Shown: one piece after another, positions 26,835 to 38,384 of the stretch
Position numbering within the stretch: the first letter of the stretch is position 1
Layout: every line of letters starts with the position of its first letter
DNA from: Chiloscyllium plagiosum
Taxonomy: Eukaryota
Assembly: GCF_004010195.1 (NCBI RefSeq)
Contig: NC_057718.1
Location: forward strand, 100,899,637-100,963,636
DNA length: 64,000 nt
Direction: 5' to 3'
Notes under the pieces: generated by a model
Database searches by the model: none
Seen by the model: the letters and a program-made list of their open reading frames with translations, nothing else
Told to the model about the DNA's origin: nothing
Position numbers and translations under genes: made by a program

Positions 26835-26995
26835 AGTGCATTATAGACACTAGAGGGAGCGAAAGCTGGATTGGGTTTAGGAGGAGAGGAGAGAGGGAGG
26901 GGGGCTGGGAAATTACACTGTGGATGGGGTTTAGGAGGAGAGGGGGAAACTACACTGGGGTTTTGGGGGGTGGGGGGAGGAGGAAATTACACTGC
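26835..26995 (-). promoter_or_regulatory. Candidate FLRT3 core promoter
   Basis: Minus strand: TATAAT at 26845-26840, CCAAT at 26874-26870, upstream C/T-rich tracts. A CTCF-like motif ACACTAGAGGGAGC (+, 26847-26860) lies between them. Confidence 0.45.
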
Positions 26996-27134
26996 AACAG
27001 TGGATGACACCCAAGAAAAGTCTGATAAGGTTCTGCTGTGAGACATTGGTTATGTACCATCGCAGTCTAACTTTTAAAATAAAAGCAACTGAATTGAGAG
27101 AATGCTGCAGAATATTTAGATTCAGATTATAAAA

Positions 27135-27655
27135 CAGGAATAGGCTGTTTGGCCCATCCAACCTGCTCTCCCATCCAATAGGATCCAGCTGTCCTCCCAG
27201 CCACTTTCCTGCCCTTTCCCAGTAACCCTTTGTTCCCCAACAGATCAAGAATCAATCTCCCTCAGCCTTAAATAAACACAAGGACCCTGCCCCCACCCCT
27301 CCGACACACAGCTCTCTGCGCAAGGAGTTCCAAAGACTCTCAACCCTCTGAGAGAAGGAATTCCTCCCCATCTCAGTCTGAAATTGGTGCCCTTTATTCT
27401 GAGACTATGCCCTCTGGTCCTAGCCTCTCCCATGAGGGGAAACATCCCCTTAGCATTGACCCTGTCAAGCCCCTTCAGAATCCTGTATGTCTCGATGAGA
27501 TCACCTCCCATTCTGCTCAACTCCAGTGAGTAGAGTCCCAACCTGTTTAGCCTTTACTCATAAGACAATCCCTCTGTCCTAGTGAACCTTCTCTGGATTG
27601 CTTCCAATTAATAATATCTTTCCTTAAATAAGGGGACCAAAACTGCTCCAGGTGT
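27135..27655 (-). mobile_element. CR1 LINE 3' fragment
   Basis: LGLYSLELSRMGGDLIETYRILKGLDRV...TRGHSLRI. Confidence 0.85.
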
Positions 27656-27679
27656 AGGCGCGCCTGCAGTGCTGTGTGT

Positions 27680-27770
27680 CGAGAGTGTGTGCGATGCTGG
27701 AAAAGCACAGCAGGTCATGCAGCATCCGAGGAACAGGAGAATCGATGTTTCAGGCAGGAGCCCTTCATCA
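27680..27770 (-). mobile_element. Penelope terminal-repeat fragment
   Basis: Minus strand CTGATGAAGGGCTCCTGCCTGAAACATC; flanking duplication GCTGTGTGT at 27671-27679 and 27771-27779. Confidence 0.75.
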
Positions 27771-29949
27771 GCTGTGTGTGTAAACCATATCAGCATTTAA
27801 ATAAAAATGAATATCCAGTTATTATGCAGTTAACCCGATTATTATGGAGGAAGACTCTGCTGTGAATGCTGCATTCGTTCTGACCCCCACCAAACAAAAT
27901 TGCGGAAATCAAGCTATTTCTTATCTCTCCCATTCTTTATGTGAGTTGTTGGAATTTTAAAAAATGTGATCCTCTATATATATAATCTCCCAGAGCTCTT
28001 TCCCCGTTGACTCTTCATTATCTTTATTTGATTTACCTTTTCATTATCTGCAGTTTGTTTGTTGGGACATTGAAGTGTTGGATCATCACACAGTGCTATC
28101 AGAGAGGAAGGTCAATGGATGATTTTAAAAAAAGGGATGGTTTCAATTGCTTTGTGATTCCAAGACAACCAAGGCCGTTTTGTGTCCGAACACAAATTAC
28201 CTTTTGCACTGGCCTCCAGGTGACAGATGAGCCAGGTGTCTAGAATAATAGCAAAGATTCTGATTCTTGCTGACAATTAACACAGATAATTTGGTCATTT
28301 ATAACGTTGCTGTTTTGGTTCCAACGTTAGACCTCAGAGAACACGTCAAAGGGCACTTCATTGGCTGTAAAACCCTTTGAGAGATCTGGCGATTGTTAAA
28401 GGTGCTATAAAAGAATGCAAGTCTGTCTTCTTTTAGGTGGAAGCAGATTGGCTTCCATATTTCTCTTCATTGCACTTTGCTAGAAGACCCTGTTTGAAAA
28501 GTGTGTCGGGTGTCCTCGGGGTCATGAAAGGAGCAAAATATAAATGCAAGATTGTCTTGCATTTAATCTCCAAATTTATCCCTCTCACTGCTGAGGATGG
28601 AATTCAGAGTGTGTGCAAACCCTTGGCTGTAATTGTTCACATTGCCTTAGGAGTATGATCACACAGATACTTAGGCAAATAGCAAAGTGGTTTCTTGCAT
28701 CCTGCAGTGACCTACCCCAGACTGGGGGGCATGTAGCATTGTGCAGTGTTTATTTCCAATTGAAAGTCCCCAGACATGTTGAGATTATCTGATTTCCATC
28801 CGATTGGCATCGGGAATCGTGTGCTGTGCTGCAAAGGCACTCTAACTCAGTTAATAATTTCTGTTCAAATGTTCTGCAGTGATAGCAGTATTTACTGCTG
28901 GGTAGCTGATACTGTCTTTCAATAGTTAACAATGGGAAGGTGATGGTATTTGCAGATTTCACCCCCTCAGGACTGCTGGTATCTCCACGAGACTGCATCA
29001 GGCTTTGAAAGTGGCACTGCATAGAAAAAGTTGGAAAAGCACAGTTTTGAAGGCACCCTTGAAATGTAAACAGAGGCCACTAACAGGACTCAGCGTCTGT
29101 GAACTCTGAAGCAGGGGACTCCGTACAATTGAAAGTATTTAATTCATTCTGAAATGACAGCAGCGGTGTTAGCAAAACCTTTCTTTTCTTATTGTTTCCA
29201 CTTCAAAACCTTGCATTGTCTCTGCCACACGTGACGACGTGATGATAAAATGTGGTGCACTGCCCCCCTCGTTCATTCTGTTTCCCTCAACAGCCCAAGA
29301 TTAGCCAGCATTTCTGCACCAAGATATTGTTTCTTTTTAAGGGCGAGTCCCCTCCTAATTGGCCCTGAAGGAACTGCGCTTGGCTTGGCTTGGCTTAGTT
29401 GTGAGGGGTCAACAGCAATTACATCACTGTACATCACAAACCCTTTATACAAAGGCTACCAGTGCCTTTCCCGTTGCCCCGGAGACAGACATCAAAAGCT
29501 GAATCCCACGTTACAAAAGTGGCCACTTGGGTTGAGTTCCATGCTCGTTTGCGCATCAATGGGAGGGATTTACATTTCTGCTGCAAACCAAAACTAAAAA
29601 AAATGCTGTAGTGAAAACAGCAATTTAAACGAGTTTTTTTTTAAAGGAAATTCGACCAAGAGTCACATTGGGCATGAAACGTTAACACTGTTTCTCTCTC
29701 TGCAGATGCTGCCAGACCTGCTGAGTTTCTTCCCTGTGTTTGTTTAACATTTCCAGCATCCGCAGTATTTTACTTCCATTTCAGGAGCAGACGGCCAGCA
29801 TCCTGGAGTCTCCTGTACAGGTCATGGAGGCAATGATCATGAACATGGAAAATTTCCTAGATTCCAAAATCCTCCTGCAAAGTAGAAAATAACTAATGTC
29901 ACACTATTATTCAAGAAAGGTAGAAGCCAGAAGGCAGGATGCTGTAGGT

Positions 29950-30200
29950 CATAGAATCATATAATCCTTACAGTGTGGGAAGCAGGCTTTTCAACCCATC
30001 GAGCCTGACTTTCCCAAGAGCATCAACCCCCACCCCCGCCATATCTCTTTAACCCTACATTCCCCATGGCTAACCCTCTTAGCCTGCACATCCCTGAACA
30101 CTATGGGCAATTTAGCATGGCCAATCCACCCTAACGTGCACATCTCTGGAGTGTGGGAGGAAACCCACGCTGACACAGGGAGAATGTGCAAAATCCGCAA
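29950..30200 (-). mobile_element. HE1 SINE, head missing
   Basis: V-domain and tail match the other copies. Confidence 0.75.
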
Positions 30201-30282
30201 TTACCCTAATATCAGTTGTGGGAAATCTTTAGGAAATGACAATGGGATCCTTCAGAGGTGGTATGACTTTGTGAAAGAGGGA

Positions 30283-31040
30283 TACAGCATGGAAACAGAC
30301 CTTTAAATCCAACTAGTGCATGCCAATCATAATCCCAAACTAAACTAGTCCAGCCTGCCTGCTCCCATATCTCTCCAAACATTTCCTGTTCATGTACTTA
30401 TCCAAATGTCTTTTAAATATTGTAACTGTACCTGTATCCACCACTTCCTTTGCAAGTTCATGCCACACATGAACCATTCTCTGTGTAAAAACGTTGCCCC
30501 TCATGTCTTTTTAAAATCTTTCTCCTCTCTCCTTAAAAATATGCCTCCTAGTGTTGAAATCCCCCACCCTAGGGAAAAGACTTTAATGACATTTATAAAA
30601 TCATGAGGTCAATAACATTGCCATTTACCTTGTGATTTTATAAACCTCATTAAAGTCACCCCTCAACCTCCTACGCTCCAGTGAAAAAGGTCCCAGCATA
30701 TCCAGCCTTCCTGTAATTCAAATCCTCCTTTCCCAGCAACATAGACTCATAGAGTCATGGAGATGTACAGCATGGAAACAGACCCTTCGATCCAACCCGT
30801 CCACACCGACCAGATATTCCAAACCAATCTAGTCCCACCTGCCAGCACCTGGCCCATATCCCTCCAAACCCTTCCTATTCATATACCCATCTAAATGCCT
30901 CTTAAATGTTGCAATTGTACCAGCCTCCACCACATCCTCTGGCACCCCATTCCATACACGTACCACCCTCTGCATGAAAAAGGTGCCCCTTAGGTCTCTT
31001 TTATATCTTTCCCCTCTCATCCTAAACTCTCTAGTTCCTG
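30283..31040 (-). mobile_element. Two consecutive CR1 3' fragments (junction about 30741)
   Basis: Each shows the CR1 tail (CAGCATGGAAACAGACC on plus) and the ORF2 C-terminus. Confidence 0.85.
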
Positions 31041-31617
31041 AACACTCTCCAGCTTTATAATATCCTAATATATTCAAGTTTTATAAAATAAGTAAACAGG
31101 ATGTGGATAAAGGGGAACCTGTAGATGTAACGTTATTGGTTTTCCAAAAGATTTTTGATAAGGTGCTGCATCAAAGGTTACTACACACTATGCGCATACA
31201 TGATGTAGCTATTAGATATGAGCACAGATAAAGGGATGCCAAGGGAGAGTCATTGAAATCTATTTCTCTCTCCATGGATACTGCTGGACCTACTGAGTGT
31301 CTCCAGCAATTTCTGTTTTTATTTCAGATCTCCAGCCTCTGCAGTATTTTGTTTTTATATTAACATAGTAAAGAATTGCTTAGCTAATAAGAAGCAGAAT
31401 GTGGGGACAGATGAGTCTTTTTCAGCATGGAAAGGTGTAGAGTAAGTCAGGAATTAGTGGTGGGGCCTCAATGAATAGCAATCTGTATCAAAGAATTAAA
31501 AGGACCGGATGAGTGGTAACTATGGTGACAAATATAGGCTGTGAAGTCAGTTGTCAAAAGGAGGTAGAGAGTCTGTAAAAGGAATATAGATAAGTGAGCA
31601 AGTGTTTGATAGCTGGA

Positions 31618-31863
31618 GGAGAAAGTGAGGACTGCAGATGTTGGAGATCAGAGCTTAAAAATGTGTTGCTGGAAAAGCGCAGCAGGTCAGGCAGCATCAA
31701 AGGAGCAGGAGAATCGACGTTTTGGGCATCCATGGCCATGCTAAATTGCCTGTAGTGTTAGGTGTATTAGTCCTGAAGAAGGGCTTATGCCCGAAACATC
31801 GATTCTCCTGCTCCTTTGATGCTGCCTGACCTGCTGCGCTTTTCCAGCTACACATTTTTAGGC
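31618..31863. mobile_element. Palindromic Penelope-derived element with an HE1 fragment in the loop
   Basis: Same family as 38007-38228; 13-bp TSD TTTGATAGCTGGA at 31605-31617 and 31864-31876. Confidence 0.8.
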
Positions 31864-32026
31864 TTTGATAGCTGGACAGCAACTTGAGAAGATGTCAACT
31901 AGTCGATTTTGGCTGGGAAGAGTGAAAAACAATAAATTAAATGGAGAGAGATTGCATAACTCATGGTATGAAGAAATTTGGTCTATGAATCAGTTATAGT
32001 TAGTATGTTGGTACAGCAAGTGATGA

Positions 32027-32285
32027 GGGCAACTGTCTGTGTGGAGTTTGCACATTCTCCCTGTGTCTGTATGGGTATCCTCTGGGTGCCCTTGTTTCCC
32101 CCCACAGTCCAAAGATGTGCAGGTTAGGTGAATTGGCCAAGCTAAATTGCCCGTAGTTTTAGGTGCATTAGTCAGGGGTAAATGTAGGGGAATGGGTCTG
32201 GGTGGGTTGCTCTTCGGAGGGTCGGTGTGGACTTGTTGGGCCGAAGGGCCTGTTTCCACACTGTAGGGAATCTAAACTAATCTAA
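32027..32285 (+). mobile_element. HE1 SINE, 5'-truncated
   Basis: GTGTGGAGTTTGCACATTCTCCC...GGGCCGAAGGGCCTGTTTCCACACTGT plus AATCT-type tail. Confidence 0.85.
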
Positions 32286-35119
32286 CAATTGTTGTCATTT
32301 ATTGTAAGTGAAAAGGGATATAGAATTCCAACAGTTTTACCTTAGCTATACAGAGCATTGGTGAGGCCATACCTGCTTTAGCCTTCTTATATGGAAAGGG
32401 ATATAACTGCAATGGAAGCAGTTCAGAGAAGATTCACTCGGCTCAATTCTGGGATGAAGGGCTTTGCCCACGAAGGTAGGTTGAACAGGCTGGGCCTATA
32501 CTCACTGTGGTTCAGAAGGATGAGAGCTGATCTTGTTGAAACATACTTGATCCAAGAGTACTCGGTAGAATGAATACTTATATTTCCTCTTGTGAGGGAG
32601 ATTTGAACAAAGGGAAATAGTTTAAGAATAAGAGGTCTCCCTTTTAAGACGGAAACGAAGAAATTTGTTTTCTCTCAGTGGTTTAATTTCTGTGGGTAGT
32701 CTGTTTATGGGCCTCTTCTGCTGAAAGTCATTGAATAGATAGATTTTTGATAGACAAGGCATTTGAGGGTCATTGTAGGGGGTGTTGAGGAGAACAGAGA
32801 GGAAAATGAGATCACAACCAGACCACTCATGACCTTATTGAGTGGCAGCGCAGGCTTTAAGGGTCAAATGACCTACTCCTGCTGCTAAATGCCTATATTC
32901 CTAATAATTTGTAAATGCAAAACAAGTAAAGAGTTCAGTGCAATTAGACTCTTACTTTAGCATCTACTTGTGATTTTTGCTATTTAATCTTTGATGGATG
33001 TGCCTCCTGGCAGATCAACATTTATTGTCAATTTCTGTGCAATCTTGGCCATTTCAGTCAATCCCATTGCTGTCTGTCCGGAGTCACCTATTAGCTCAGA
33101 GCAGGGAAAGGTGGAAGATTTCCATTTCTAAAGGCTGTAGGTGAAATCCAGATGTTTTTCAATCTGGTAACTGCGTGGTTACCATCACTGATATCCAAAT
33201 CATGACCACTGATACTGGCTTTTTTATTCTGGATTTACAAAATTAACACAATTGAACACCCTAGTTTGCCGTAGCTGGATTTGAAGTCATGTCTTTGGTT
33301 ATAATATAACCACTGTGCTCACAGGAATGTCATTAATATTGTGTTGAAAAATCCAGCAACTAATAATGCTCAGCAAGGTCGGTAGATATGAATGACTAAT
33401 TAAGGTGTTGTTAAGGGCGCTGACCAAGGCCAGGACAGTGAGACGACTCCTCTGCTCATCTTTGATATTTTATGGTCTCCTGAACAGGCGAGTGGAATTT
33501 TGGTTTCACATCTTATTTGAAAGACAGTACCACTAACAATATGACACACTATCAGTGCTCCACTAACCATTAGCCAAACACGTGCTCAATGCCAGGAATG
33601 GTTCATCTTTAATGGAAGAAATTAGCCCAAATAAATCTGCTCGAAAGTAAGCTTGCATTATGAATCCAATAGTCGTACATTTCACATTTTATGTTGAATT
33701 AACATGCAAGATTTTTCCTACCTATGCAAATGTAACCTTCTATTGCACTTTGCTGTGATCCTTGACAGTCTTTGTCTTCATGGATGCCACTTCTAGAAGC
33801 AGTCTGCCTGTTTTCTTTAATATCTTGGTGATTCCGTATTTCACTGGCGTTGTTATTTTGACGTATGTACTCTCGAAAGGTGACGATATATTTTCTAAGA
33901 GGTGCGAAGTTGTGAAACTAAACCTGCATTGATTTGTGGTTACATTGTTAATGAGTATCTCAGCTGTGTCAGTGACCAACACAGGCAAATTTGCAAAGGG
34001 TCATAAAAGATTTACTAGCCCAACTGAGACTACCAGAAGGATATATTGGTTTTGCCGGTCAGAGCTGATAGAGGCATCAGCTCAAAACTGAAGCAAATCA
34101 GTGTGAAGTTGAGCATAATCGACCTCTCTTGCAGGGCGAGTGAGGATGATGTGATTTTCCCCAATAAATGGAAGAAAACAATATTCTAACATTGGTGAGC
34201 TTTGTTTTGTTATCGAGTCACATAATACTGAAGAGGTCCATCGAGTCTGCATCAACAGAGATAAAACCATCATCCATCTGCACTAATCCCACTTCCCAGC
34301 TTTTGACCCATAGCCTTTAACGATATGACATTTCGAGCATTAATCCAAGTGCTTTTGAACGGATATGAGGTTTCCCACTTCTACTGCCTATCGAGGTGCT
34401 GCATCCCAGATTCCCACCACCCTCTGGGTGAAGAAAGGTTTGCTCAAATCCTCTGTAAACTTTCTGCCCTTCACTGTAAAATTATGTCCCTTCCTTATTG
34501 AAACGGTGTTAATGTGCTGAAAACATGTTCATGATAAAGTACAGCTTTAAGAAGAAGCAAAGTTATGGTTAAATCCCAGATCTTGGATGGCAGTGGTCTC
34601 TGGAATACAGCAATTTTGAAATTTGTGCATTAGGGTTTTGTTTACTTTAGTGCACCAAGCCACACAAATAGCTACCTCAGCTGTGTTGCTATCTCTCTAG
34701 TGACAGTGGGAAAGCCTATAATGTGTGGAGAGCACCCCCCCCCCCCCAATGTAATCACAGCCTGGCTCTATCTGTTTCTTCCCTGGGGCCAGCTGAAGAT
34801 AAACACTGGATGCTTATCTAATCACATATTAGTCAAGAAGTAGACTTCAATGTTGACTGGCGAAACTGTGTAATTAGAGAGAGGTGCTCGCTTTCACATT
34901 TCCCCTCAAATCTTTTAAGTGTTTTTTGATTATTTTTCAGCACTTACTTCCTACTAAACAGAAGAAAGAACACTAATACATTCATTAGATGAAGTAATTT
35001 TACTCCCTGTCTTTTAACGGAATGCTAAGTGTTTTTGTTGTAGCTGCAGCTGGTCAAAAATAGATTTTTAGTATTTTCAGTTTTTCCCTTTAGCTTTGTA
35101 GGAGGTAGAGTTTCAGTAC

Positions 35120-35282
35120 AACACCAAAATAAAAAATCACACAAGGTTATAGTCCAACAGGTTTAATTGGAAGCACTAGCTTTCAGAGCGCTGCTCCTTC
35201 GTCAGGTGGTTGTGGAGTATAACCTGGTGTTGTGTGATTTTAAACTTTGTATACCTCAGTCCAACACCGGCATCTCCAATTC
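35120..35282. mobile_element. Partially palindromic Penelope-like element, third family
   Basis: Minus strand CAC-CTGACGA-A-GGAGC-AGC-GCTCT-GAAA-GC-TA-GTG at 35174-35208, followed by an inverted partial arm. Confidence 0.75.
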
Positions 35283-35770
35283 AACACCAAAGTAGAAATG
35301 GGTCTCTGGCATCTTTCAAAGTTACTGGAGTTCTCTCTTCCTCAAAAGGCAGCAGAAGCAGAACCTTTGAATATTTTCAAGGTGGAAGAAGATAAATTCT
35401 TATTAAGCAAGGGAATGTTATCGGAGGTCGGTGGGAATACACAGGAATCAGATCAGCCAAGATCTTACTAAATAGCAGGGCAAGCTCAATGGGCTGAATG
35501 GCCTACTTCTGTTCCAAATTTGTATGTTCATGTGTACCTGCTGTATAACTATTCTTCTTACCAGGCCCACAACGGGAGGGTTTCTACTCCAGTTCCTTGG
35601 GTTCTGAGACTATTGATATATAAACCTGCAATCTGCAGATTCTGCCACTGATGGGGCATCTGCTGTTTGGGCAGATGGGTATTAGGAGGTTTCTTCACTC
35701 CCTCTGATGTTTGGGACTTTGCCTCTTTGAAAGATGTTGGATGTACCTTCCTGGACTAGCCTTCTTGTCA

Positions 35771-36123
35771 GGGTGGTATGATGGCTCAGTGGTTAGCACT
35801 GCTTTTTCAGTGCCAGGGACCCAGGTTCAATTCTATCCTCAGGCGACTGTGTGGAGTTTGCACATTCTCCCCTTGTCTGTATGGGTTTTCTTCTGGGTGC
35901 TCCAGTTTCCTCTGACAGACCAAACATGTGTAGGTTAGATGGACTGGCCATGCAAATTTGCCCATAGTGTCCAGGAATGTGCAGGCGAGGTGAATTAGAC
36001 ATGGGAATTGCAGAGTTACAGAGAATGGGTAGGGTTTGGATCTGGGTGGGATGCTCTTTGGAGAGTCAGTGTGGACTTGATGGGTTGAATGGCCGGCTTC
36101 CACACTGAAGGGATTTTATGATT
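35771..36123 (+). mobile_element. HE1 SINE
   Basis: tRNA-like A/B boxes, V-domain and tail. Confidence 0.85.
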
Positions 36124-37384
36124 CTCCATTTTGGTTGTCACAATCCAGAGACACCTATGACTTGCCAAGAATGGTTGACATCTTTATGGAAATCTTGAGG
36201 ACATGGTTTTGAGTAGAACTCCTGCTTCAAGAGTCTGGTCTTGGGCAGCCGAGCAACTGGTCCTGCCCAGTGAAATGGGTTTTCTCATGAGCAGCACCTG
36301 AAAGTAGCACATGCTGGCAAACACCAGAGTGCTACTGTTGGATTGCCTTTTTCACTGCTGTGTTTGGAGGATCTTGTTTTGGGGAGCTTTATCACCACTG
36401 CCTGGTAAATCTTGAACTTGTTCTATAATTAGCCTGAACATTGAACTGCGGTAAAAAGCAAGAACACTATCTTGTTTGGACGTTAAATCAAGGTGCCGTT
36501 TGCCCTCTCAGATGAGAACTATAGAATGAGGAACGTGGGAAATTCCCCTTGACATTTTCTGCCAATATTGATTCCTCAACCATTAGCCCAAAGCAGATTA
36601 CACAGTCTTATCACATTCCTTTTGTGAGAGCTTACTGTTTGTAGATTAGCTGCATACTTGCCAGATTACATAAATTGGCTATAGAACCCTTTGAGACACT
36701 TTGAGGTCATGAAAGGGAATGTATAAATATATATATGTACATTAAAAAAAGTGGAGAAACTCAGGCACGTGACACAATTTGTGGGGAGAGAATCCATTAA
36801 TGTTTTGAGTTCAGTATGACTTCTTCTGAAGAGGAAAATTGGAGATTGCAATTTTGTAGAAAAAGTGGAGAGGGAAAAGATGGATGCAGCTAACTATTGG
36901 AGGCCTCTCCTCTCTGTTTCAATCTCCTCACAGAGTCTGTCAAATTGCATCCTGACCAATCAGAATGTTGTTGCTATGCTAAGCTTAAAAGCCAATCAAA
37001 AAGGTGTCTCTGGGCAGAATTGACCTGAACATCCATGGGCACTTCTACTTTGCCTGGGCACTATATCCCCAGAAGTAATCTTAGTGAAATATTTAAGATC
37101 CTAAGGGAACTTGATGGGTTGGAAGTTGAATGGAAGATTCCCCCTTGTGGGGGAGTCTAGTACTGGGAGAAAGTTTAAAACTTACGAGTCTGCCATTGAA
37201 GACTGAGATAAGGAATTTTGTTTGCCTCAGAGTTAGTGGAATTATCTTCCCAGAAAGCAATGTAGACAATACTACTGGATTTATTCAAGACTGTGTTATG
37301 CATGGTTGACCAGGGAATCAGAGATTATGGTTTTCAGACAGGAAAGTAGAGTTGAGACCACAATAAGACTATGTTGAGACCACA

Positions 37385-37915
37385 ATAAGACCATAAGACA
37401 TAGGAGTGGAAGTAAGGCCATTCAATCATGGTTCATGGGCATTTAAACTCCACTTACCCGCACTCTCCCCGTAGCCCTAATTCCTTGCGAGATCAAGAAT
37501 TTATCAATCTCTGCCTTGAAGACATTTTATGACCCGACATCCACTGCGCTTCGTGGCAATGAATTCCACAGACCCGCCACTCTGGCTGAAGAAATGTCTC
37601 CTCATTTCCGTTCTAAACTGGCCCCCTTTAATTCTGAGATTGTGCCCATGGGTTCTAGTCTCCTCGCCTAATGGAAACAAATTCCCAGCATCCACCCTTT
37701 CTAAGTCATGCATTATCTTGTAAGTTTCTATTAGATCTCCCCTCAACCTTCTAAACTCCAATGAATACCATCCCAGGATCCTCAGCCATTCATCGCATGT
37801 TAGGCCTACCATTCCAGGGATCATCCATGTGAATCTCCGCTGGACACGCTCCAGTGCCAGTAGGTCCTTCCTGAGGTGTTGGACCCAAAATTGGACACAG
37901 TATTCTAAATGGGGC
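37385..37915 (-). mobile_element. CR1 LINE 3' fragment inserted in an older plus-strand CR1 tail (about 37080-37980)
   Basis: PHLEYCVQFW...LERVQRRFTWMIPGM...RRLRGDLIETYKI; tail of CATAAGAC-type repeats. Confidence 0.88.
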
Positions 37916-38006
37916 AATGAAATCAGCCATGATTTTATCAAATAAAAGGGTAGGCTGGAAAGGCCAAAAGGCTTTTGATGATTGTGTTTTGTTTTTGTTT
38001 CATATG

Positions 38007-38228
38007 CTGAAAATGTGTTGCTGGAAAAGCGCAGCAGGTCAGGCAGCATCCAAGGAACAGGAGAATCGACGTTTCGGGCATAAACCCTTCTTCAGGAATG
38101 AGGCTGAAGAAGGGCTTATGCCCGAAACGTCGATTCTCCTGTTCCTTGGATGCTGCCTGACCTGCTGCGCTTTTCCAGCAACACATTTTCAGCTCTGATC
38201 TCCAGCATCTGCAGCCCTCACTTTCTCC
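38007..38228. mobile_element. Palindromic Penelope-derived element with a hammerhead motif on each strand
   Basis: Near-perfect inverted arms; CTGAAGA-A-GGG(C/T)-TTAT-GCCC-GAAACGTC on both strands; 14-bp TSD TTTTGTTTCATATG at 37993-38006 and 38229-38242. Confidence 0.85.
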
Positions 38229-38384
38229 TTTTGTTTCATATGGTTTGGGTCCACAGAAATGTGCAACTTAAGGTCTTGCACCTGAGTGATATAGACACCA
38301 TTCCTACCTCCTATCATTTACCTGCACATTGACACTTCCAATCTCTTATCCATAAGTTCTTGTTCCCTACCTGGGTGATAACCC

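Larger units (their letters stand above)
31090..32905 (+). mobile_element. Old fragmented CR1 LINE (RT to 3' end) with nested younger inserts
   Basis: Decayed RT motifs (DV...FQK.FDKV.H.RLL near 31120-31185) and AMEAVQRRFTRL...RLGLYSL.FRRMRADLVETY at 32391-32573. Confidence 0.7.

Noticed and set aside
37351..37400. Short direct repeats (GTTGAGACCACAATAAGAC twice) as a CRISPR-like array
   Set aside because: Only two copies, at a CR1 tail junction in a vertebrate genome; no spacer array or cas genes.
38007..38228. Palindromic repeats as MITEs, miRNA precursors or terminators
   Set aside because: Arms are asymmetric, TSDs are long and variable, and the same sequence is attached to a GIY-YIG remnant at 56.9-57.5 kb.
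37917..38332. Recurrent ORFs MCCWKSAAGQAASKEQENRRFGHKPFF on both strands as a peptide family
   Set aside because: Translations of the palindromic Penelope-derived repeat; frames are not preserved between copies.
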